Shown here one piece after another: positions 1 to 10,600 of a stretch of 64,000 nucleotides of DNA (position 1 is its first letter; each line of letters begins with the position of its first letter). The stretch lies in NCBI RefSeq assembly GCF_009914755.1, contig NC_060948.1, one strand, 5' to 3'. This DNA comes from the human T2T-CHM13v2.0 reference genome, Homo sapiens. The notes beneath the pieces were generated by a model that worked only from the letters and a program-made list of their open reading frames with translations, was not told the DNA's origin and searched no databases. The position numbers were made by a program, and so were the translations under genes.

Positions 1-348
1 CATCAAATGGAATGGAATCGAATGCAATGGAATGTTACGGAATGGAATGGAATGCATTGGAATGGAATGTCCTCTAATGGAATGGATTCGAGTGGAATGG
101 AATCGAATATAATGGAGTCGAATGAAATGGAATTGAAAGGAATGGGATCGAATACAATGCAATATACTGGAATGTAATGTAATGAACTCGAATGTAATTG
201 ACTGGAATGGAATGTACATGAATGGAATATAATCGAATGGAAAGTAATCCAATGGAATAGAATCTAATGCAATAAAACCGACTCAGATAGAGTAGAATGT
301 AATGGAATGGAGTGCAGTGCAATGGAATGGAATGGAATGGAATGCAAT

Positions 349-393
349 GGAATGGAATGGAATGGAATGGAATGGAATGGAATGGAATGGAAT
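349..393 (+). repeat. Pure (GGAAT)n tract of variable length, one per monomer (9 copies here)
   Basis: Perfect pentamer run after GTGCAGTGCAAT...GCAAT, with 5 to 11 copies in different monomers. Confidence 0.85.
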
Positions 394-1408
394 GGGATGG
401 AATGGGATGGAATGGATAGTAATGGACTGGAGTGAAATGGACTGGAAAGGAATGGACTCAAATTGAAAGGGCTCGAAAGGAATGGAGTCAAATGGAATGG
501 TCTGGAATGGAATGAACACGAATGTAATGCAATCCAATAGAATGGAATCGAATGGCATGGAATATAAAGAAATGGAATCGAAGAGAATGGAAACAAATGG
601 AATGGAATTGAATGGAATGGAATTGAATGGAATGGGAAGGAATGGAGTGAAATTGTATGCAGTAGAAGGGAATAGAATGGAATGCAAGCGAAAGGAAAGG
701 AATGGATTGGAATGGAATGGAATTCATTGGAATGGAAGGGAATGTAGTGTAATGGACAGGCCTGGAATAAAGTGGAATGCTACGGTCTCGAATGGAATAA
801 AAATGTATGGAATGGAATGCAATGAAACGGAATCGAATGTCATAGAATGTAATGGAATGCAAAAAAATGGAATCCAAAATCATTGACTGGAAAGGCTGGG
901 TGTCGAAAGGAATTGACTCCAATGGAATGGAATCGAATGGAATGGAAGTGAATAGAATCGAACTAAATCGAATGGAATGGAATTGATAGGAACGGAATGG
1001 AAAGGAATGCAATGATTTGGCATGGAATGGAATCGAATGGCATCGAATGGAATGGAATGGAATGCAATGGAATGGAATGTATTAGAATGGAATGAACTTT
1101 AATGGAATGTACTCGAATGGATTCGACTGGAATGGAATGTTCTGAAAGTGAATGGACTCCAATGGAATGGATTCAAAAGGAATGGAATCGTACGGAATGG
1201 AATCTAATGGAATGGAATTAAATGGAAGTGAATCAAATTGAATAGCACGGAATTGAATTGAATGGAATGGAATGCAATGGAATCTAATGAAACGGAAAGG
1301 AAAGGAATGGAATGGAATGGGCTGGAATGGAAAGGAATCGAAACGAATGGAATGGAATCGAACTGAAGAGACTGGAATGGAATGCACTGGAATGGAAGGG
1401 AGTGTAAT

Positions 1409-1423
1409 GGAAGGTTCTCGAAA
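1409..1423. promoter_or_regulatory. Perfect three-unit heat-shock element motif gGAAg gTTCt cGAAa (recurs once per full monomer)
   Basis: Exact match to the nGAAnnTTCnnGAAn HSF1 consensus. Binding is inferred, not shown. Confidence 0.55.
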
Positions 1424-2434
1424 AAAATGGAATCGAATGGAATGGAATTGAATGGAACGGAATAGAGTCGAATGGAATTGAATGGAATGGAATGGACTAG
1501 AATGAAATGGATTCGAACCACAAGGAATGGAGAGGAATAGAATGGTCTCGAATTGAATGGAATCGTATGGAATGGCATCAAACGGAATGGAATGGACAGC
1601 CACGGAATGGAATGCACTCGAATGCAATGGAGTCGAAACTAATGGACTGGAATAGAATGGACTCGACTGGTACGGACTCCAATGGAATGGAATCGAATGG
1701 AAGGGAATTGAACGGAATGGACTCGAAGGGAAAAGACTGCAATGGAAAGGTCTCGAATGGAATGGAAATTAATGGAATGGAATGGAATCGAATGAAATGG
1801 AGTCGAAAGGAATGGAATCGAATGGCAAGAAATCGAATGTAATGGAATCGCAAGGAATTGATGTGAACGGAACGGAATGGAATGGAATCCAAAGGAATGG
1901 AATAGAATGGAATGGAATCGAATGGAAAGGACTCGAATGGAAATCACTCGAATAGAATGCAATTTAATAAAATAGGATCAAATGTAATGGAATGGAATGG
2001 AAAGGAATCGAAACGAAAGGAATGGAGACAGATGGAATGGAATGGAACAGAGAGCAATGGTATAGAATGGAATGGAATCATCTGGAATGGAATTGAATGG
2101 AATGGAATAATATGAAATGGAATGGAATGGAATGGAATGGAATGCCCTTGAATTAAATGGACTGGAATGGAATGGACTCGAACAGAGTGGAATGGAAAGT
2201 GTTGAGATAGAATGGAATGGACTCCTTTGGAATGGTGTAGTATGCAATGCAATCGACTGGCAGGGAATCAAAAGGAATGTAATCGAATGGATTGGACTGG
2301 AATGCAATGGACTCGAATAGATTGGAAACGGAATGCAAAGGAATGGAATGGAATAGTATGGAATGGAATGGAAAGGAATGGAGTGGAATAGACTAGAGTG
2401 GAATGGAATGGACTGGAAAGCAATGGACTGGAAT

Positions 2435-2449
2435 GGAACTTTCTTGAAT
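2435..2449. promoter_or_regulatory. Perfect three-unit heat-shock element motif gGAAc tTTCt tGAAt (recurs once per monomer)
   Basis: Exact match to nGAAnnTTCnnGAAn, retained in the deleted monomers. Binding is inferred. Confidence 0.55.
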
Positions 2450-4677
2450 GGACTGGAATCAAACGGAATGGAATGCAATGCAATCAAATGGCATGGAATA
2501 AAATAGAATGAAAGAGAATCAAATGGAATTGAATCGAATGGAATCGAATGGATTGGAAAGGAATAGAATGGAATGGAATGGCATGGACTAGAATGGAATG
2601 GATTCGAATGGAAGGCAAAGGAATGGAATCTATTGGAATGGACTGTAATGGAATGGAATGGAAGGGATTGGAATGGACTCGAATGGAATGGACTGCAATA
2701 GAAAGGATTCGAATGGAATGAAAAAGAATTGAATGGAATAGAACAGAATGGAATCAAATCGAATGAAATGGAATGGAATAGAAAGGAATGGAATGAAATG
2801 GAATGGAAAGGATTCGAATGGAATGCAATCGAATGGAATGGAATCGAACGGAATGGAATAAAATGGAAGAAAACTGGCAAGAAATGGAATCGAAATGAAT
2901 GGAGTGTTATGGAACGGACTCAAAAGGAATTGACTGTAATAGAATGGAGTGGAGTGGACTCGAATATAATGGACTGGAATGGAATGAAATCACATGGAAT
3001 GGGAACGAATGGAATGGAATGGAAAGGAATGGAATCGAATGGAAAGGAATCGAATGGAAGGGAATGAAGTTGAATCAACAGGAATGGAAGGGAATAGAAT
3101 AGACGGTAATGGAATGGACTCGAATAGAATGGACACGAATGCTCAAATTGAATGGACTCGAATGGAATGGAAACGAAAGGAATGTCATCGAATGGAATTG
3201 AATCGATTGGAATGAAATCGCATAGAATGGAGTGGAATCAAATGGAATTGAATCGAAAGGAAAAGAAGCGAATGGACTGAAATGAAATGGAATGGAATTG
3301 AATGGAAAGTAATGCAATGGAATAGAATGGAACGAAATTTCACGGAATGGAATCAAACTGAATGGAATCAAATCAATGGAATCAAATCAAATGGAATGGA
3401 AAGGAATTGAATGGAGTAGATTGGATTGGATGGGATTGGAATGAAATGTACTGGAAAGGACTCGAATTTCATGAAACGGAATGGAATGAATTGGAACGGA
3501 ATGGACTCGAATGGAATGGAATGTCATGGAATGGCATCAAATGGAATGGCATCAAATGGAATGGAATCGAATGCAATGGAATGCTATGGAATGGAATGGA
3601 ATGCATTGGAATGGAATGTCCTCTAATGGAATGGATTCGAGTGGAATGGAATCGAATATAATGGAGTCGAATGAAATGGAATTGAAAGGAATGGGATCGA
3701 ATACAATGGAATATACTGGAATGTAATGTAATGAACTCGAATGTAATTGACTGGAATGGAATGTACATGAATGGAATGTAATCGAATGGAAAGTAATCCA
3801 ATGGAATAGAATCTAATGCAATAAAATCGACTCAGATAGAGTAGAATGTAATGGAATGGAGTGCAGTGCAATGGAATGGAATGGAATGGAAAGCAATGGA
3901 ATGGAATGGAATGGAATGGAATGGAATGGAATGGAATGGGATGGAATGGTATGGAATGGATAGTAATGGACTGGAGTGAAATGGACTGGAAAAGAATGGA
4001 CTCAAATTGAAAGGGCTCGAAAGGAATGGAGTCAAATGGAATGGTCTGGAATGGAATGAACACGAATGTAATGCAATCCAATAGAATGGAATCGAATGGC
4101 ATGGAATATAAAGAAATGGAATCGAAGAGAATGGAAACAAATGGAATGGAATTGAATGGAATGGAATTGAATGGAATGGGAACGAATGGAGTGAAATTGT
4201 ATGCAGTAGAAGAGAATAGAATGGAATGCAAGCGAAATGAAAGGAATGGATTGCAATGGAATGGAATTCATTGGAATGGAAGGGAATGTAGTGTAATGGA
4301 CAGGCCTGGAATAAAGTGGAATGCTACGGTCTCGAATGGAATAAAAATGTATGGAATGGAATGCAATGAAACGGAATCGAATGTCATAGAATGTAATGGA
4401 ATGCAAAAAAATGGAATCCAAAATCATTGACTGGAAAGGCTGGGTGTCGAAAGGAATTGACTCCAATGGAATGGAATCGAATGGAATGGAAGTGAATAGA
4501 ATCGAACTAAATCTAATGGAATGGAATTGATAGGAACGGAATGGAAAGGAATGCAATGATTTGGCATGGAATGGAATCGAATGGCATCGAATGGAATGGA
4601 ATGGAATGCAATGGAATGGAATGTATTAGAATGTAATGAACATTAATGGAATGTACTCGAATGGATTCGACTGGAAT

Positions 4678-4692
4678 GGAATGTTCTGGAAG
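4678..4692. promoter_or_regulatory. Perfect three-unit heat-shock element motif gGAAt gTTCt gGAAg (recurs once per full monomer)
   Basis: Exact match to nGAAnnTTCnnGAAn. The homologous site at 1134-1148 is degenerate (gAAAg). Confidence 0.55.
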
Positions 4693-7600
4693 TGAATGGA
4701 CTCCAATGGAATGGATTCGAAAGGAATGGAATCGAACGGAATGGAATCTAATGGAATGGAATTAAATGGAAATGAATCAAATTGAATAGCACGGAATTGA
4801 ATTGAATGGAATCGAATGAAATGGAATCTAATGAAACGGAAAGGAAAGGAATGGAATGGAATGGAATGGGCTGGAATGGAAAGGAATCGAAACGAATGGA
4901 ATGGAATCGAACTGAAGAGACTGGAATGGAATGCACTGGAATGGAAGGGATTGTAATGGAAGGTTCTCGAAAATAATGGAAGCAAATGGAATGGAATTGA
5001 ATGGAACGGAATAGAGTCGAATGGAATTGAATGGAATGTAATGGACTAGAGTGAAATGGAATCGAACCACAAGGAATGGACAGGAATAGAATGGTCTCGA
5101 ATTGAATGGAATCGTATGGAATGGCATCAAACGGAATGGAATGGACAGCCACGGAATGGAATGCACTCGAATGCAATGGAGTCGAAACTTATGGACTGGA
5201 ATAGAATGGACTCGACTGGTACGGACTCCAATGGAATGGAATCGAATGGAAGGGATTCGAACGGAATGGACTCGAAGGGAAAAGACTGCAATGGAAAGGT
5301 CTCGAATGGAATGGAAATTAATGGAATGGAATGGAATCGAATGAAATGGAGTCAAAAGGAATGGAATCGAATGGCAAGAAATCGAATGTAATGGAATCGC
5401 AAGGAATTGATGTGAACGGAACGGAATAGAATGGAATCCAAAGGAATGGAATAGAATGGAATGGAATCGAATGGAAAGGACTCGAATGGAAATCACTCGA
5501 ATAGAATGCAATTTAATAAAATAGGATCAAATGTAATGGAATGGAATGGAAAGGAATCGAAACGAAAGGAATGGAGACAGATGGAATGGAATGGAACAGA
5601 GAGCAATGGTATAGAATGGAATGGAATCATCTGGAATGGAATTGAATGGAATGGAATAATATGAAATGGAATGGAATGGAATGGAATGGAATGCCCTTGA
5701 ATTAAATGGACTGGAATGGAATGGACTCGAACAGAGTGGAATGGAAAGTGTTGAGATAGAATGGAATGGACTCCTTTGGAATGGAGTAGTATGCAATGCA
5801 ATCGACTGGCAGGGAATCAAAAGGAATGTAATGGAATGGATTGGACTGGAATGCAATGGACTCGAATACATTGGAAACGGAATGCAAAGGAATGGAATGG
5901 AATAGTATGGAATGGAATGGAAAGGAATGGAGTGGAATAGACTAGAGTGGAATGGAATGGACTGGAAAGCAATGGACTAGAATGGAACTTTCTTGAATGG
6001 ACTGGAATCAAACGGAATGGAATGCAATGCAATCAAATGGCATGGAATAAAATAGAATGAAAGAGAATCAAATGGAATTGAATCGAATGGAATCGAATGG
6101 ATTGGAAAGGAATAGAATGGAATGGAATGGAATTGACTCAAATGGAATGGACTAGAATGGAATGGATTCGAATGGAAGGCAAAGGAATGGAATCTATTGG
6201 AATGGACTGTAATGGAATGGAATGGAAGGGATTGGAATGGACTCGAATGGAATGGACTGCAATAGAAAGGATTCGAATGGAATGAAAAAGAATTGAATGG
6301 AATAGAACAGAATGGAATGAAATCGAATGAAATGGAATGGAATAGAAAGGAATGGAATGAAATGGAATGGAAAGGATTCGAATGGAATGCAATCGAATGG
6401 AATGGAATCGAACGGAATGGAATAAAATGGAAGAAAACTGGCAAGAAATGGAATCGAAATGAATGGAGTGTTATGGAACGGACTCAAAAGGAATTGAATG
6501 TAATAGAATGGAGTGGAGTGGACTCGAATATAATGGACTGGAATGGAATGAAATCACATGGAATGGGAACGAATGGAATGGAATGGAAAGGAATGGAATC
6601 GAATGGAAAGGAATCGAATGGAAGGGAATGAAATTGAATCAACAGGAATGGAAGGGAATAGAATAGACGGTAATGGAATGGACTCGAATAGAATGGACAC
6701 GAATGCTCAAATTGAATGGACTCGAATGGAATGGAAACGAAAGGAATGTCATCGAATGGAATTGAATCGATTGGAATGAAATCGCATAGAATGGAGTGGA
6801 ATCAAATGGAATTGAATCGAAAGGAAAGGAAGCGAATGGACTGAAATGAAATGGAATGGAATTGAATGGAAAGTAATGCAATGGAATAGAATGGAACGAA
6901 ATTTCACGGAATGGAATCAAACTGAATGGAATCAAATCAATGGAATCTAATCAAATGGAATGGAAAGGAATTGAATGGAGTAGATTGGATTGGATGGGAT
7001 TGGAATGATATGTACTGGAAAGGACTCGAATTTCATGAAACGGCATGGAATGAATTGGAACGGAATGGACTCGAATGGAATGGAATGTCATGGAATGGCA
7101 TCAAATGGAATGGCATCAAATGGAATGGAATCGAATGCAATGGAATGTTACGGAATGGAATGGAATGCATTGGAATGGAATGTCCTCTAATGGAATGGAT
7201 TCGAGTGGAATGGAATCGAATATAATGGAGTCGAATGAAATGGAATTGAAAGGAATGGGATCGAATACAATGCAATATACTGGAATGTAATGTAATGAAC
7301 TCGAATGTAATTGACTGGAATGGAATGTACATGAATGGAATATAATCGAATGGAAAGTAATCCAATGGAATAGAATCTAATGCAATAAAACCGACTCAGA
7401 TAGAGTAGAATGTAATGGAATGGAGTGCAGTGCAATGGAATGGAATGGAATGGAATGCAATGGAATGGAATGGAATGGAATGGAATGGAATGGAATGGAA
7501 TGGAATGGGATGGAATGGGATGGAATGGATAGTAATGGACTGGAGTGAAATGGACTGGAAAGGAATGGACTCAAATTGAAAGGGCTCGAAAGGAATGGAG

Positions 7601-10600
7601 TCAAATGGAATGGTCTGGAATGGAATGAACACGAATGTAATGCAATCCAATAGAATGGAATCGAATGGCATGGAATATAAAGAAATGGAATCGAAGAGAA
7701 TGGAAACAAATGGAATGGAATTGAATGGAATGGAATTGAATGGAATGGGAAGGAATGGAGTGAAATTGTATGCAGTAGAAGGGAATAGAATGGAATGCAA
7801 GCGAAAGGAAAGGAATGGATTGGAATGGAATGGAATTCATTGGAATGGAAGGGAATGTAGTGTAATGGACAGGCCTGGAATAAAGTGGAATGCTACGGTC
7901 TCGAATGGAATAAAAATGTATGGAATGGAATGCAATGAAACGGAATCGAATGTCATAGAATGTAATGGAATGCAAAAAAATGGAATCCAAAATCATTGAC
8001 TGGAAAGGCTGGGTGTCGAAAGGAATTGACTCCAATGGAATGGAATCGAATGGAATGGAAGTGAATAGAATCGAACTAAATCGAATGGAATGGAATTGAT
8101 AGGAACGGAATGGAAAGGAATGCAATGATTTGGCATGGAATGGAATCGAATGGCATCGAATGGAATGGAATGGAATGCAATGGAATGGAATGTATTAGAA
8201 TGGAATGAACTTTAATGGAATGTACTCGAATGGATTCGACTGGAATGGAATGTTCTGAAAGTGAATGGACTCCAATGGAATGGATTCAAAAGGAATGGAA
8301 TCGTACGGAATGGAATCTAATGGAATGGAATTAAATGGAAGTGAATCAAATTGAATAGCACGGAATTGAATTGAATGGAATGGAATGCAATGGAATCTAA
8401 TGAAACGGAAAGGAAAGGAATGGAATGGAATGGGCTGGAATGGAAAGGAATCGAAACGAATGGAATGGAATCGAACTGAAGAGACTGGAATGGAATGCAC
8501 TGGAATGGAAGGGAGTGTAATGGAAGGTTCTCGAAAAAAATGGAATCGAATGGAATGGAATTGAATGGAACGGAATAGAGTCGAATGGAATTGAATGGAA
8601 TGGAATGGACTAGAATGAAATGGATTCGAACCACAAGGAATGGAGAGGAATAGAATGGTCTCGAATTGAATGGAATCGTATGGAATGGCATCAAACGGAA
8701 TGGAATGGACAGCCACGGAATGGAATGCACTCGAATGCAATGGAGTCGAAACTAATGGACTGGAATAGAATGGACTCGACTGGTACGGACTCCAATGGAA
8801 TGGAATCGAATGGAAGGGAATTGAACGGAATGGACTCGAAGGGAAAAGACTGCAATGGAAAGGTCTCGAATGGAATGGAAATTAATGGAATGGAATGGAA
8901 TCGAATGAAATGGAGTCGAAAGGAATGGAATCGAATGGCAAGAAATCGAATGTAATGGAATCGCAAGGAATTGATGTGAACGGAACGGAATGGAATGGAA
9001 TCCAAAGGAATGGAATAGAATGGAATGGAATCGAATGGAAAGGACTCGAATGGAAATCACTCGAATAGAATGCAATTTAATAAAATAGGATCAAATGTAA
9101 TGGAATGGAATGGAAAGGAATCGAAACGAAAGGAATGGAGACAGATGGAATGGAATGGAACAGAGAGCAATGGTATAGAATGGAATGGAATCATCTGGAA
9201 TGGAATTGAATGGAATGGAATAATATGAAATGGAATGGAATGGAATGGAATGGAATGCCCTTGAATTAAATGGACTGGAATGGAATGGACTCGAACAGAG
9301 TGGAATGGAAAGTGTTGAGATAGAATGGAATGGACTCCTTTGGAATGGTGTAGTATGCAATGCAATCGACTGGCAGGGAATCAAAAGGAATGTAATCGAA
9401 TGGATTGGACTGGAATGCAATGGACTCGAATAGATTGGAAACGGAATGCAAAGGAATGGAATGGAATAGTATGGAATGGAATGGAAAGGAATGGAGTGGA
9501 ATAGACTAGAGTGGAATGGAATGGACTGGAAAGCAATGGACTGGAATGGAACTTTCTTGAATGGACTGGAATCAAACGGAATGGAATGCAATGCAATCAA
9601 ATGGCATGGAATAAAATAGAATGAAAGAGAATCAAATGGAATTGAATCGAATGGAATCGAATGGATTGGAAAGGAATAGAATGGAATGGAATGGCATGGA
9701 CTAGAATGGAATGGATTCGAATGGAAGGCAAAGGAATGGAATCTATTGGAATGGACTGTAATGGAATGGAATGGAAGGGATTGGAATGGACTCGAATGGA
9801 ATGGACTGCAATAGAAAGGATTCGAATGGAATGAAAAGGAATTGAATGGAATAGAACAGAATGGAATCAAATCGAATGAAATGGAATGGAATAGAAAGGA
9901 ATGGAATGAAATGGAATGGAAAGGATTCGAATGGAATGCAATCGAATGGAATGGAATCGAACGGAATGGAATAAAATGGAAGAAAACTGGCAAGAAATGG
10001 AATCGAAATGAATGGAGTGTTATGGAACGGACTCAAAAGGAATTGACTGTAATAGAATGGAGTGGAGTGGACTCGAATATAATGGACTGGAATGGAATGA
10101 AATCACATGGAATGGGAACGAATGGAATGGAATGGAAAGGAATGGAATCGAATGGAAAGGAATCGAATGGAAGGGAATGAAGTTGAATCAACAGGAATGG
10201 AAGGGAATAGAATAGACGGTAATGGAATGGACTCGAATAGAATGGACACGAATGCTCAAATTGAATGGACTCGAATGGAATGGAAACGAAAGGAATGTCA
10301 TCGAATGGAATTGAATCGATTGGAATGAAATCGCATAGAATGGAGTGGAATCAAATGGAATTGAATCGAAAGGAAAAGAAGCGAATGGACTGAAATGAAA
10401 TGGAATGGAATTGAATGGAAAGTAATGCAATGGAATAGAATGGAACGAAATTTCACGGAATGGAATCAAACTGAATGGAATCAAATCAATGGAATCAAAT
10501 CAAATGGAATGGAAAGGAATTGAATGGAGTAGATTGGATTGGATGGGATTGGAATGAAATGTACTGGAAAGGACTCGAATTTCATGAAACGGAATGGAAT

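Larger units (their letters stand above)
69..3617 (+). repeat. DYZ1: Representative full-length monomer (3549 bp, GTCCTC to GTCCTC)
   Basis: The GTCCTC landmark recurs at 69, 3618, 7182, 10731, 14269, 17817, 21381, 24924, 28503, 32057, 35596, 39155, 41143, 44697, 46675, 50234, 53783, 57347, 60906. Other landmarks (GGCTGGGTGTCG, ACAGCCACGG, GCCCTTGAATT) keep the same order in each full unit. Confidence 0.93.

Noticed and set aside
860-867. Short A7 runs (CAAAAAAATG, CGAAAAAAATG) as retroposon tails or terminators
   Set aside because: They are in-register degenerate pentamers present in nearly every monomer, with no hairpin or insertion hallmarks.
271-1970. AATAAA hexamers (e.g. 271, 766, 796, 1965) as poly(A) signals
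   Set aside because: They are easily generated from AATGGA by G>A changes. There is no GU-rich downstream context and no transcript evidence from sequence alone.
3463-3477. CGAATTTCATGAAAC and CGAAATTTCACGGAA as additional HSEs
   Set aside because: Spacing or the third unit does not fit nGAAnnTTCnnGAAn, so these are at most partial elements.
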